A stretch of 64,000 nucleotides of DNA from Dictyostelium discoideum. Its lineage: Eukaryota. Below the pieces are notes generated by a model. That model saw only the letters and a list, made by a program, of their open reading frames with translations, was not told the origin of the DNA and ran no database searches. The position numbers were made by a program, and so were the translations under genes. The stretch spans positions 4,928,001 through 4,992,000 of the forward strand of contig CM000154.2 in NCBI GenBank assembly GCA_000004695.1, given 5' to 3'. Below are positions 31,181 through 45,538 of this stretch, piece after piece. Every line of letters begins with the position of its first letter. The stretch's first letter is position 1.

Positions 31181-31990
31181 AAAATTAAAAAATAAAAAAA
31201 ATAAAAATAAAAAAAAAAAAAAAAAAAGAAAAAAACAAAAAACAAAAAATAAAAAACAGAAAAAAAAGAAAAAAAAAAAAATAAAAAAAAAAAAAATTTA
31301 AGAATGATACTATTATTAATATTATTGATTTAGTTACTTGATTTTTTTTTTTTTTTTTATTTTATTTTTTTTTTTTTCTCCGGTTTTAAAAATAGTTCCT
31401 TTTTTTTTATTTTTGTAAAAAACAACTGGAAAAAATTTGATCGAAGAGTTATTAACAATCACAAAAATTTGAAAAAAAATTTAAAATTAAAAAAAAATTA
31501 AAAAAAAAAAAAAAAAGAAAAAAACCCCATTTTTAAAAATTTTTTTTTTTTTTCAACAAAATTTTTTTTTTAAAAAAAAAAAGTTATTATAATTAAAAAA
31601 GAAAAAAAAAGAAAATATTAAAAAAAATATATATATATATATTTTATATTTATTTATATTTATTTTTTTATTTATTTTTTTTTTCCAAAAATATATTTCT
31701 ATATTTAATCTGTTTTTTTTTTTTTTCTTGGGAAAATAAAAAAAAATAGAAAAAAAAAAATAGAAAAAAAAAAAAAAAAAAAAAAAAAATCAAATCAAAT
31801 CAAATCACACACAACACACATACACACATATATTTAAATAAATTGTAATAGTAAATATTAGTAAAATAAATAAATAATAATAATAATAATAATAATTGTA
31901 AAAAATTGAAATTTAATTATAATTTTTTTTTTTTTTTTATTTATTTTTTTTAAAAAGATAAATTAAAAAAAGAAAAAAAAAAAAAAAAAA

Positions 31991-34900
31991 ATGTCACAAA
32001 AACAAAAACCAATTAGATTTCAAGATTATCAATTCACAGCAACCAAAGATGAAGCATATGGTAGATCGGATAGATATGTAAAACAATTTTTAAATAAAAA
32101 TTTATTAAAGAAAAAGGATGGAACATTGGGAACTGCTGAAGAGCTATTAACATTGATTCAACAATCCAATATAAATGTTGTGACAGCATCAACGGGTGGA
32201 GCAGCAATGGGTGCAATGTTAAATCATACCGTATCAACCATTAATCTAACTGGTAGTGGTAGTGTACCAACCTATAATCCATCAGATAATAGAAATAGTG
32301 GATCACATGTAATAACAAGTACAAATAGTGTAATTAGTAATTCAAGTATAAGTAGTACTGGTGTAATAAATAATAATATAAATAATAATAGTAATATAAA
32401 TAGTAATACAGGAACGACGACAACAACAATATCATTACCAAATAATACAGAAATAAAAACAGCATTAGTTTCAACTGGTAGTCAAAATGCATCCGATACA
32501 GCACAGATTGATATAGAATTTCATTTATCGTATACACAATTGGTGACATTACCACCAAGTATATTTAGTTTAATTTGGATTCAAAAGTTGGTATTGACTC
32601 ATCATAATATAAAAACATTGAGTGAAGATATTGGAAAGTTACAACAACTTCAAGTGTTGGTATTGGAGAATAATAGATTGATCAATTTACCTCAATCAAT
32701 TGGTGACTTGGTAAATTTGAAGAGATTAGAAGTCGATAACAATCATTTGGTATCACTATGTTCATTGGAGCGATTGTCAAAACTTGAAGTCCTCTCTGTA
32801 AATAATAATAAATTAACCCTATTGCCAACTTCTATCGCTTCCCTCTCTAGTTTGAAAACTTTAAATATTAAATCAAATCCAATCATTACACCACCATCAA
32901 CTGTTGTCTCTAAAGGTTTAAAAGATATTGTATCATTTCTTCGTGAATTAGAAACTGGTGCTAGACCATGTTTAAGATCAAAATTGGTAGTTTTAGGTGA
33001 TCGTAAGTGTTTTTTCGTAAAAATAAATATTAATTTAAATCAAATGATAATTGATAATATATTAATATATGTATTTTTTAATAAAAAAAGCTGGAGTTGG
33101 TAAAACATCAGTTGTACAATGTATGAAAGGTAAAAAGAAAAAAACAAATGTAACAAGTAGTAGTATAAATATTGGTGGATCAAGTGGATCAGAAGTTGGA
33201 ATTGAAATTGATCAATATGATTTTGATGTTGTATTTGATGAAGATGATAAAAAGAGAAGAGTGATAACCTTATCAACATGGGATATCGCTAATCAAGATG
33301 TTTACTTTGCAAGTAGTCAATTGTTTGATTCAGAGAGATCAGTGTATATAGTGGTATTCAATTTGAACAATGATGATTTCTCTGCCATAGAATATTGGTT
33401 ACATTGTATCATGAGTACATCACCAAATTCACCGATTGTATTGGTGGGTACACATATTGATGCATTTGAAAATTTAAATGTTGTCAATGCGGTATTGGAG
33501 AGTGTTGCCTCGAGATTTCAAAAGAGATTCACAAATATTCAAGCCATCATCTCGGTTTCATGTACCACCGGTTACGATGTCGACAAGTTACGTCAACTCA
33601 TTGAGGACATCATAAAGACTCAACCTTATCTCAAAGAGAAAGTCCCAAGTAGTTTCTTTACACTCGAGGAGGCATTGATCGAGGTGAAAAAGAAAAGAAT
33701 TCCACCAGTGATGATGTGGCAAGAATATATCAACCTAGCAAACATTTGTAATCTTAAAGACTCTGTTCAAATTCAACGTGCCACGGAATTCCTTCACAAT
33801 ATTGGCTCCATCGTTTATTTCAATGATTTAAATTCATCAACTGTTGGTAAAATGGTGATTTTGGATCAACAATGGATCATCAATTGTATGTCCTCTTTAA
33901 TCACCTCAAAGTTACTCATAAACAATTGTAATGGTATCGTTAGACAATCCGATTTGGAATTGGTTTGGAAAGCTCCAACTTATCCTGAACATCTTCATCC
34001 AGCTTTACTCTCTATCATGCAAGCATTTGAAATTTGTCGTTCATTATCACCATCGGATCTTGTACGTCCAGAGGAGGTCAATGAAAAAGAGGTCATGGGT
34101 GATCGTAATTTAGTACCAAATCTATTATCTGACAATACAAACATTGTAGCTCAATGGGATGATTTCATCGATCCTGATACAATCTTATTGAATAGACAAT
34201 ATCATTTACCATTTTTACCAGAGAAATTCTTTGGAAAGTTAATCATTCATCTTATGAATTTTACTAAAGTTGAAAGTTGTCAAAAACGTGCCGTTATCTT
34301 AAGAAATCAAGATAATCATGAAGCTTTAATTGAATTGAAAACAATTAAAGATAATAAAGATGGTACTTTTAAAAAGATTCTAACTGTTGATGTTCGTGGT
34401 CTAGTTTCACCAGTTAGTTTATTACGTATTGTAACTGATACAATTGAATCTTTATTTTCACAATGGTACAAATTAGATATTAAAAGGTAAAAATTTAATT
34501 AATTAAAAATAATAATTTTTTTTATTTAATTATTAACATTTTTTTTTTTTTATTTTTTTAATATAGATATATAAGTTGTTATGAATGTGCAATTTTATAT
34601 GATAGAAATCCAACATTATTTACAATTGAAGAATGTGAACTTGCAGTAATTGATGGTAAAACAGTTTTAACATGTAATCAAAAGAGTGATTCAGATAGAG
34701 TTTCAACATCACATAGATTGAAATTGGATATATTGGCACCAGATATTTCAATGGTAGATATACCAATACCAAGATTTAATTTAAGCGAAGTAAAGATCAA
34801 TAAAGAGGTTGGTCGTGGTGCATTTGGTATTGTTTATGAAGCGGAATGGATGAGTGAATGGATAGCATTGAAAAAGTTATTATTACCTTCATCAACCGAT

Positions 34901-37900
34901 ACAACCAATCTCAATGGTAATGGCGAAGTTATGGTCTACGATGATCCAGATCAATTGATTGAAGATCGTTTACGTGTATTTAGAGAGTTTAGACATGAGG
35001 TTTACTATATGAGTGGACTCAATCATCCAAATGTTATGAAAATCAGCGGTTTTTGTATTCAACCTTTATGTATGGCATTAGAGTATGTTCGTTATGGTTC
35101 ATTGTATAGTTTACTCTCAAATTCAAGTATAGAAATTAGTTGGGGACTACGTTTACAAATTGCTAGTGAAATCGCCAAAGGTATGCAACATCTTCATTCT
35201 CATAATCCACCCGTCATTCATAGAGATCTAAAGAGTCCAAATATACTCTTGAATGGTATTACCGAGGGTCAAAACTCAGTGGCCACAATCATTGATTTCG
35301 GTACAAGTACTGCTTTGTATGGTGGTGCCGCTTTAATTCGTTGTGTTGATCAACCACTTTGGTTGGGTCCAGAGGTTTTGGCAGGCACTGCCTATAGTGA
35401 ACCATCAGATGTTTACTCTTTTGGTATCATACTTTGGGAATTGTATACACGTGCTCATCCATTTGATGAGTTTCAATTTGGTCAATGGATGAGTAAATTG
35501 GAAGATGAAATCATTAGAGGTTTACGTCCAACTATTCCACCAACTTGTCCACCAGAATATGTAGAATTAATTCAATCATGTTGGACTCATGAACCAAATA
35601 GTCGTCCAACTTTTACAAGTATTGTCGAAATTTTAGGTCAAATTAAAAAGAAATTTGCTCCTTTACCATTTACTCATCCACCACATATTAGAAATATGAT
35701 GAGAAAATCAAGATCTTCTTCAATTTCTGAAGCAATGTTACCTTCAAATTTATTACATTTAAATTTAAATGGTATTAATAATAATAATAATAATAGCAAT
35801 AATAATAATAATAGCATACCAGTTACAACTATAAGTTTAACATCAAGTGGTACATCACCAACAAATTCACCAGTTGGTGGATTATTATCACAAAGTTTAA
35901 CTCAACCAATAACTTCAGGTGGTAGTACAAGTGGAATTTTATCAACATCAGTTAATAGAGATAATTCATCATTGGTATCAGCATCATCATTAGGTAATAA
36001 TACATCAACATCATCATTGGCTTCATTGGTATCAAATAATAGTGGTTTACATCATTCACCATCAGCTTCAGATGGATTAAATGATTATTATGGTGCGGAT
36101 AATAATAACAATAATAATGATAGTACAATGGATTTCTTCCAAGATATTTTCACAGAGGAAGAGAATGAACAACCTTATCCATTTGCAGATGATGATCAAC
36201 AAAAAGGTATACTCTTTGGTTTCGATGAAGAACAAACCAATCCAAGTGCATCATCCGTTAGTATTATCATTGCTGCAACGATGGCAAAAATGATTGAAAT
36301 GATGACTAAAGGTGAAAGTTCAGCTACATTAAAGAGTGAACATATCTCCACAAGAAGAAGATCAGATACAGCGGGTAAAAATGGTGTACCACCACATTGG
36401 AGAAATTCAGTTCCATTATCAACAAACTCCTCCACCACTTTGGATGAAACTTTTATCGATGATTTCATCTATGTTTATCGTTCATTCACAACACCAAGAA
36501 ATATTTTCAAATTATTGGTTCGTAGATTCTTTGGACCAAGACATACAGATAAAGTTGATACATTTACAATTAAGAAATTTGAACAAAAGAAAGCTGCAAT
36601 TCGTCAAGGTATTGCAGTTTTCTTAAGAAAATGGGTGGCCGATATTACAGAGTTGGAATTTAGACAAGAGGAGTTTTGGTTATATCATAATACCGTGGCT
36701 TTCACTAAACAATTCATTGCATCTGAATTCCCAACTATTGCAACTCAAATCTATGGTACATTAACAACCCATGAGGATGAAGTAAATTTAACCAATCAAA
36801 GATTCCTTCAAATTGCTTTTAGCGAAAGTGAAATTCAAATTGATCGTGCAATGTCTTCAATGCAATTAACAACACCAAAACCATTTAGAAGTCAAAAGAA
36901 TTTAGCGAATAGTTATAACTCTCAAAGTGGTGGCGGTGATTCTTCATTCTATTATCAACCATCATCAAATGATGTATCAAGAGTATTTTTAAATCTTGCA
37001 ACTGGTATGAGAGATCCATTATTAGGTATAACGGTTAAAGAAAAAAAATTCAAAAAAGATAAAGTTTCAACACTTTGTTGTAGTGGTTCAGAGATTATAG
37101 ATTGGATTACCAAATGTATGCCAATTAAAAGAGAAGAAGCATCCATTTTAGTTTTGGATATGTTGATGAAACAATTCTTTATTCAAATTTCAGATGATGG
37201 TATACCCATTTCAAATCAAAAAGGTACCAATCCAACCTTTTCAGATTCACCAACCTCATTCTATATGTTTTTAGAGGACGATCCAGAATTGATTGCTCGT
37301 CAATACACTTTCCTTGAATTGAAATATCTTCAAAATATTCATCCAAGAGAATTGTTGGGTTTCTCTGTTGGTTTGGTAATGCCAAATGAAAATGAAAAGG
37401 ATCCTGAGAAATGGAGACAATCAAATTTCCCACATATCTATGATTATTTTAGATGGTTCAATAAGATGACAATGTTAGTTAGTACAGAAATTTTAAGACA
37501 AAGAGATATTAAACAACGTGCTTCAATCATTGAAAAGTATATCTCTATCGCATTGGAGTATCTTAGTCTTTGGAATTTCAATGGTATCATGCAAGTATTA
37601 AGTTCACTCCATAGTGAACCAATTTCAAGACTCTCTGCAACTTGGGCAAAAGTTTCTCAGAGATCAATGGATTGTTTCTATGAACTCTCACGTCTTATGT
37701 TACCCGAATCCAATTATTTACCACTTCGTACGGCTTTAGCCTCACAAAAACCAAACACTATCATTCAAGCCTCACCACTCTATCCAAATATCTCCGCCTA
37801 TATGGTACATACCGTTTGTCCTACCATTCCATTCCTTGGGGCTTTAATAGCTGATCTCTCTCAAACTTGTACAGAGAATCCAACATTCATTAGTAGTGGC

Positions 37901-40049
37901 GGTGAAAAGATGATCAATATTCTTCGTGTTAAACGTCTCTCTAAAAAGATGAAAATGTTCAAAGAATACAAAGAGATGCCAACTCAATACCTTCCTGCAT
38001 TGACAACCATTCCACTCCAATACTATGAACATTATGTAAATGATTTGAAAGCATTGGATAGTTTACAAATTGATCGTCTATCTGATATCGAAAGAAAACT
38101 TGAAATCATCTGTGAAAAGAATGGCACAACCAATGATGACAAAGAGAAAGGTGATGAGAATGGTGGTGGTTTGACTAGTAGTAATTTCTTTGGTAATGGT
38201 TCCGATGAATTAACTGAACGTGATTGGACTATCCTCTTAACAAATGCTTCTGTCATCGCCTATAATCGTGGTGATGTCGTCATGGAAGAGAATGCTATAA
38301 ACACTCATCTCTATCGTATAAAGAGTGGTGCTATCTCTGTTGAAAAGAAAGATAAAGAAGGTATCAATTGTAAGGTCGCTACGATGTTTGCTCCAAAGAT
38401 GTTTGGTGAAATGTCTTTCCTTGGTAATAAAACAACTGCTCGTTTAACCGTTGATGAAGAATCTGATCTCTACGTTATGGATATTCCTTTCTTAAATAAT
38501 CTATTCAATGGTCATCCACGTTTAGGTGCTAAATTCTATAAGATTATGGCAAATCAATTGGCAATTAGATTAAAGAATTTACCATGGTCAAAACCAAAAA
38601 ATACAACTGGTGGTAGTAGTAGTAGTAATCAATCTGCTGGTCCAGATAATATTTTAGGTACAACTCCAACTGGTATTAGTAGTAGTGGCGGTGGTTTAAC
38701 TTCATTATTAAATCAAAACCTTTCATCCATTATGTCATTATCAAATAGTAATACACCACCAGCATCACCAAGAGTAATGACTACACCAACATTACCATCT
38801 CCACCAGCTCCATTACAATCTCCACCAACCAGTGGTATTAGTTCACCAACAACAACAACATCAACAACAACTGATCAACAAAAAATTAATAATACAATTT
38901 TCCAAAATGTACATCCAACAATTAATGTTCATCGTACATCTTCATCAGCAAATTTAGTTTCTCCACATGGACGTCCATCAAATTCAGGTTTCGGTCATTC
39001 AAGTGGTGGTGAAAGAACCATTAATAAAGATCCACATCAAAGAGATAGTGGTAGTATGGATAAACCAATTCTATCACTTGGAAGTGGTGGTACACCTCGT
39101 GGTGATGGTGCTCGTAGTGGATCCATTAGTTATTTAGGTCGTACTCAAACCTCAACTTCACCATTGAATGAAGGTTTAAGCGGAGGTCAACAACCAGTTA
39201 TGAAAAAGAATGATCAAGAGTTTTGTCAAAGATTTGCATTGGTCGATGAAATTGTCATTAAAGATTATCCATGTTCATTAAACCGTTCCGGTAGATTGTA
39301 TATCTCTCAACAACATGTTTGTTTCTACAGTAAATTCTTTGGTTATAAAACTAAAAAGGTAATTCCATTCAAAAATATTGACAAACTAATTTGTATCAAT
39401 GTCAATCAAATAGAACTCACTCGTCTTAAAAACACCGTACCAAGTAATTATCGTTTAACTTTCCAAACTGGCAAAGATCGTGAAGATGCTTTCAGTATGA
39501 TTCATATCCTTTGGGATTCATCAAAAGTCTCCAATTCCTCCTCTGATGAAATCAAAAATAAATTGGCTGCCGAAAGAAAGAAAGTCAATAATCTTACACT
39601 CAAAACTCGTTCCAATAAAAACAAAGGCGATGAACTCACCAAAGAGGATTGGGAATTAATCGGTTGTGAAGGTTCACGTTCCTCCACTTTCAAAAAGGAT
39701 GAAGTAATCATTCGTGAAGGTGAACGTATGCAAAAGATTTTCCAAATTGGTAAAGGTGTTTGTCGTATTGAAAAATCAGTACCTGTTGCTCCTGGCTCTT
39801 CTGAAATGAAAAAAGTTGTACTTGGAACAATGAAACAAGATGATACCTTTGGTGAAATCACTTACCTCTTAAATGGTGAAACCACTGCTGATGTCATTGC
39901 TGACACTGATCAAACCGAGGTTTATACAATCGAAGGTCAATTTGTAAATATTTTATTCGATTTAAATCCTGCTTTAGCTTCAAAATGGTTTAAATATTTA
40001 GCCACTGCTTTAAACAAAACTTTAATTGAAAGAGAATCACAACTTTATG

Positions 40050-40054
<5 letters not shown>
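31991..40054 (+). CDS. gbpC: Roco-family cGMP-binding kinase GbpC. Domain order is LRR, Roc GTPase, COR, protein kinase, RasGEF-N, DEP, RasGEF, cNMP-binding, GRAM, cNMP-binding. 2631 aa in 3 exons: join(31991..33002,33091..34486,34567..40054).
   Basis: LRRs (LQVLVLENNRLINLPQSIGDL...). The Roc P-loop spans intron 1 (KLVVLGD|PGVGKTS). Kinase motifs VGRGAFGIVYEAEW, HRDLKSPNILL and DFGTS. RasGEF-N (FIYVYRSFTTPRNIFKLLVRRFFGP), DEP, RasGEF (ARQYTFLELKYLQNIHPRELLG), two cNB domains and a GRAM domain (RSGRLYISQQHVCFYSKFFGYKTKKV). Spliced length 7896 nt gives 2631 aa, matching my recollection of GbpC. Confidence 0.88.
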
Positions 40055-40087
<33 letters not shown>

Positions 40088-40618
40088 ATTAGTTTATAGT
40101 AAATAATAATTAATTACATTAATTAAAACTGTATATATAAATATAAAATTTAATATATTCATTTAAAGAAAATAAATAAATAAATAAAATAAATAAAAAA
40201 AAAAAAATTAGTAAAATTACAAATCAATTTAATAAAATCCATAAATTTTAATTCTTAGGAATCAATTTTATTAATATTTTCTTTATTTTATTTTATTTTT
40301 TTTTTTTAAAAGAATCTTTTTAATAATAATTAAAAGTGATGTTTAACTTTAATGATTTACTATTCTTGTAACTTTTAGTATTTCTAGAAAGGAGTTTATC
40401 TATAATTCATAGGTTTACAAAAATTTAAAATAAACTTTAATGATTTACTTTTAAATTTTTGTAATCTTGATAAACCAAATACAATACCAGCAACAAAAAA
40501 ATATTGAAAACCTATGAATCTATTGATGTATTTTATTTTATTTATTGATGTTGTTGCTCATCTTTAGAATAATTTAATATAATCTTATTGAGAATAACAA
40601 TAATAACAATAATAATAT

Positions 40619-42068
40619 TTAAACATATGTTGATAAATCTGTTAAAGTAATAAAAGGGTCTCTAAAAATATTAACTTTTCCAGAAACTTCCAGTGATGCT
40701 TCAGATGTTACAACTCGAACAAATGCTAAAGAATCTAAAGAAAAACCTAAAATTTTTTTAAAATTATTACCTAAAATTTCCATTATTTGATTTGCTTTTA
40801 AACTTTTTTCAAGCGAATTAAATTTTGGATTGACATTATTGCAATGTGAAATTATTCTATACATTGTTTTTGAAGGAACTTTTAAAGTAAGAAGTTGTAA
40901 TGATTGATCATTTTCTTCTTTTTTTTTAATTCTGCCCATAGTAGGACCAAAAGAATATATAAATTCGAATTGTTTCATTGAGATTTTTGATGTATTTTCT
41001 CTCTTTCTTTTTTGATCGTTTTTATTATTTAGTTCTTTATCTTCTTCATCTTCCTCATCATCTGAACACTTATCTTCAGAAACTTCAATGTTTGATAAAT
41101 TCTCTTCCTTATCAATTTCTTCTTCTTTATCAGTTTCTTCTTCTTCTTCCTCCTCTCCTTTTTCTTCTTTTTCTTCATCATCTTCATCATCTTCTTGATT
41201 AGCATAATGCTCATAATCATCAATATCATACTCTTGATCGATATATCGAATTTTTTTATGTTTTTCATCATTAATTATTTTCTTTGGTGTTGTATTTTTT
41301 GTTTCTGTTGATGTTGTTAATCTATTAAAAAATTTATCAGAATTTCTAGTCATCCAAAGTAACATTAATGAATAAATATATGAAGGTTGAATTATAACAT
41401 CGGAAATGGAGCAATCATATTTAAAATGCAACCATTTTGTGGCTTCCTTTATTATTTCTTTATCACCATTTGAAAGTACCATATTATATGAAAGAAGTTG
41501 CGGCTCACTAGAATTATTTTTACATGAAGTTCCTTTTTCTGTATCAATATTTCTACATGAAACCAATACTATTTTTGAAAATTTATTTACATTTGCTTTA
41601 TTTTAAAAATTTGTTTTTAATAATTCTTTTAATATATATGCATGTATATTTTATATGTATGTATTTATTGACCCATTTTTTTTTTTTAAAAAAAAAAAAT
41701 AAATAAATAATCTTACCTTCTATATTTTTTGAAGAAATATAAATACCAATACTTGGAAATAATTCATTTTCTTTGATTATATTTGGATCAAGTTCTATTA
41801 TTAAAATTTTACATTCATAGGCAAAATGACGATTTCTTTTTATTGATGCTAAATTATGACTTAAAAATTGATTTAAATCACTTGTTAATTTATTTAAATA
41901 ATTTCTTTGTAACATTATATCATTACCATATTTTTGAATTTTAAAATTAAAAAGTGGAGTTACTCTATGAATATTCCAAGGAACATTTTTAAATGAATCA
42001 AATGATTTAAATTTTTCACATTCTTTTTGAAGATATATATCTAAATCTTTTAAAATATCATTTTCCAT
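40619..42068 (-). CDS. Hypothetical protein of about 433 aa with a D/E-rich acidic central stretch. Model: complement(join(41717..42068,40619..41568)). Function not recognised.
   Basis: The ORF-track ORFs 41598..42080 and 40619..41566 are joined by a GTAAGA donor at 41716 and a TAG acceptor at 41569-41570 (phase 1). The first in-frame ATG is at 42068 (MENDILKDL); the ORF tool used an upstream TTG. Confidence 0.5.
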
Positions 42069-43036
42069 ATTCGGTTTCAATTTTCATAAAAAAAAAAAAA
42101 AAAAAAAAAACAATTTTCAAAAATAAAAAAAAAAATTATTTCATAAAAACAAAAAATAAAAAATATCTTTTGGATTAAAATGAAGGATAGTAAATAAATC
42201 CAAAGTTCCTTCCAAAAGGCAAAAAATTGTATTATTTTTTTTTTTTTTAGAAAATAATTACCCTAACAATTATTTTACACAAAAAAAAAAATAAAAAAAA
42301 TAATAAAAAACAATTTTAATCCATTATATTTCCTATTTAAAAAATAACCTTATTTATCCCAACTTTTAACACCAAACTTAAATTAAAATTAGAAATTTCT
42401 TACTTTGAAAAAATTATGATCAATATATTTATTTCTTTATTTGAAACAGAGAAAATTTTTTATTATTTATTAATTTTTTTTTTTTTGTTTTTTTTTAATT
42501 TTTTTTCAATAATTTAAAAAACAAATCTATTATTATTTTCCCATTTTTAATTTCATAGTTTTTATTTTATTTAATGGGGAGATTTTCCTAGCAATTATAA
42601 TTCAATGAAAAATTTTATAATTTTTTAAAAAATAAAAAAAATTAAATAATGAAATTGTTAAAATAGGGTAAACACAACTAAATTGGAAGTAATCTTATTT
42701 TTTAATTAATAACCCCCATACCACTTGTGTTAAATTTTTTACCAGGATCCATGTTTTAATTTAATTAATTTATCAAAATTCGATAACTTTTTAATAAAAA
42801 GTAATTGATTAAAATTGTAATAAATTAAATAAAAAATTAAAAAATAAAATAAAAAAAAAGAAATAAAAAAAAAATATAAAAGGGTTGTGTTTTTAATTAA
42901 TTTATTAAATCAAAAAACTAAGTTTAATTAATTAATTAAAAAAAGAAAAACAAAACAAAACAAAACAAAGAAATGGCTTTATTTAGTAATATTAAATTTT
43001 TTTTTTTTTATAAAAAATAATAACTACAAAAATTAA

Positions 43037-43303
43037 TTAAATTATTAACCATAAACCTATATTTTTTATTTTTTGTATTTTTATTTCTATAGACTCAATC
43101 TCTAAAATTGGTTCAATCAACTCCAAATCAAACACTTTAATTAATTCTACAATGAATGGTAATGCATTTGGATCAAATGAAATCTCTGTACTTGCAAATA
43201 CCAATGTAAATGCAGCAACAAATACAAATCTTAGTGTTGCTGGTATCACATTAGTTAATGCCAAGACAAACACCAATGCGTTAAAGTTTAAATCTATTAC
43301 CAA
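43037..43303 (-). CDS. Possible small two-helix membrane protein (88-aa ORF, MVIDLNFNALVFVLALTNVIPATLRFVFVAAFTLVFAS...). Unverified.
   Basis: ORF track only. Two hydrophobic segments. No recognisable motif. Confidence 0.25.
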   Translation of the reverse strand: MVIDLNFNALVFVLALTNVIPATLRFVFVAAFTLVFASTEISFDPNALPFIVELIKVFDLELIEPILEIESIEIKIQKIKNIGLWLII

Positions 43304-43499
43304 ATGTAACAGTTGTTGTAATTACTAAAGATAACAATGATATATTGTATCCCATAAATACTATTACCTTATTATTATTATGATTTTATCCACACATACA
43401 TACACACCATCATAACTACATTGATTAATTTTTTTTTTTATATAATTTTTTTTTTTATTTTATTTTATTTTTTTTTTACACTATATTACTATATATAAT

Positions 43500-44203
43500 T
43501 TATTGTACGTGTTCTACTTTACTAAGTGGTTCTTCTAAATATTCACGTAATTTTTGTGTCTATAGTAATAATAATAAAAATTAGTAAAGAATAAAATAAT
43601 TAATGAAATCTGAAACTAAGTTTATATAGAGATATACCTTTAATTTTAATAAACCAAATTCAGTATTGATATCGCTATATACACATAATAAAAGAGATGC
43701 AANCTCTTGTAATTACAAATCTTCCCTCCTTTTATATAATAATAAAAATAAAACTATTAGTATGCATGTTTTAAACCAAAGTGCGTAAAAATGTTTTATA
43801 TGTTTATAATGCATTTAATATTGTATATTATTAATACGAACTTCACAATCAATTAATTGATATTGTAAATCTGAATTTCTATTATAAGCAGTCCAAATAT
43901 TTGAAGTAATGGCTGCAACAATTTTTGAGGTATTGTGTGATGATGTTGTAGCATCTGAACATGCAATTAATGAGCCATCATCTTTCATTAATCTGTTTAA
44001 ATAGCAACAATTAATTAATAAACAAATAATAATGTTCATAAAGAAATAGTTAGTATTATGGTTTTTTTTTTTTTTTTTTTTCATTTTTTTTCGGTCGGGG
44101 AAAAAAGATTTTGTATTATAAAATATACACACAATACACCTTTAGTATCTGTATTGTTTATGGCTTGATTTAAAATTTGTGGTAAAATCTTTGATCTTAA
44201 CAT
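43500..44203 (-). CDS. Ragulator subunit LAMTOR2 (p14/ROBLD3) homologue, about 124 aa in 4 exons: complement(join(44133..44203,43842..43992,43638..43728,43500..43559)). The reading frame in exon 3 is disturbed by the ambiguous base at 43703.
   Basis: MLRSKILPQILNQAINNTDTKGV|LLMKDDGSLIACSDATTSSHNTSKIVAAITSNIWTAYNRNSDLQYQLIDCE|EGRFVITR(V)ASLLLCVYSDINTEFGLLKLK|TQKLREYLEEPLSKVEHVQ aligns along its length with human LAMTOR2 (MLRPKALTQVLSQANTGGVQ...EGSLLAYSG...TAAIASNIWAAYDRNG...LMDCMEGRVAITRVANLLLCMY...LVQYLEEPLTQV). Confidence 0.78.
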
Positions 44204-44811
44204 TCTAGTATACGTCTATTTTTATTTTAATTTTAGTTCTTGAAACAAATATAAAAAAAAAAAAAAAAAAATATTTTGAAAAAAAAAGAAAAAAAAAAAT
44301 AAAAAATAAAAAAAAATAAAAATAAAATAAAAAAAATTAAAAAAAAAAAAAATTTTAAAATAAAACTCATTTTAAATTTCCATCCCTAAACAAAACAAAT
44401 AAAATGAATAATCAACAATATTGTTTTTTACAAAATGTGGCAAATTAAAGAAACAATTGTTACCTTTGTTGTTTTTTTAATTTGTCGCATTTGGTAAAAA
44501 AAAAAAAAAAAAAAAAAAAAAATGAAAATTTGATTATTGAATAAATCAAATTTTCATTTTTTTTATTTTATTTTATTTTATTTTTTTTTGGTTCAATGAT
44601 TTTCTTATAGTTGTGTTCTTCCTTTTTCATTTCATTAAATATATTTAAAAAATTTTTCAAAAAAAAGATTTCCAGAAAAAAAAAAAAAAAAATTATGATA
44701 ATATCAATTTTCAAGAAAAATATTTCAAGAAAAAAAAATTAAAAAAAAGGGATAAAAATAGATCAATTTTTTTTTTTTTTTTAGGATCATGGTTTAAATA
44801 GATACCAAAAA

Positions 44812-44863
<52 letters not shown>

Positions 44864-45538
44864 AATAAACTTAATAAAAAATAATAACTAAGAAAAAAAA
44901 AAAAAAAAAAATAAAAAAATGGTCTCATTGCATTATAAACCCATAAAAAATAATAATTAAGAAAAAATTAAAAAAAAAAAAAAAAATTAAAAAAAATTAA
45001 AAAAAATTAAAAAAAATTAAAAAAAATTAAAAAAAACTAAAAAAAATTAAAAAAAAAATTTAATTATTTGAAAAATGGTTGTGTGTGAACTAAATCACTT
45101 TTTTTTTTTTTTAAATTTTTTTTTTTTTGATATTTTTTTTTTTAAAAAATTTTTTTTTTTTTCTTTTTTATAATTTTTTATAAAGTCAATTTGTTGTAAT
45201 ATATTTGTTGTATCTATATCTCTTTTTTAAATTAATATGTAAGTTTCTTTAATTTTTTTTATTTTATTTTTATTTTTATTTTTTTATTCAATTTGAATTT
45301 AGTTTATCAAATTTGATTATATATATTATTTTTTACAAATAAAATTAATATAAAAAGATTATTCAAAGAATTGAGTCTAACCAATTTTTTTTTTTTTTTC
45401 TTTTTTTTTCTTTTTTTTTTTTTTTTTAAATTAAAATTAAAAAAATTAATTAAATTATCAATTTTTTTATTTTATTTTTTTTATTTTTTTATTTTTTTTT
45501 TTTATATTTAACAAATTAATAAATATAATTTTTAAAGA

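Noticed and set aside
36081-39861. Several short ORFs on both strands inside the gbpC exon
   Set aside because: They are out-of-frame or antisense ORFs within a continuous 5.5-kb coding exon whose main frame carries recognisable kinase, GEF, cNB and GRAM domains.
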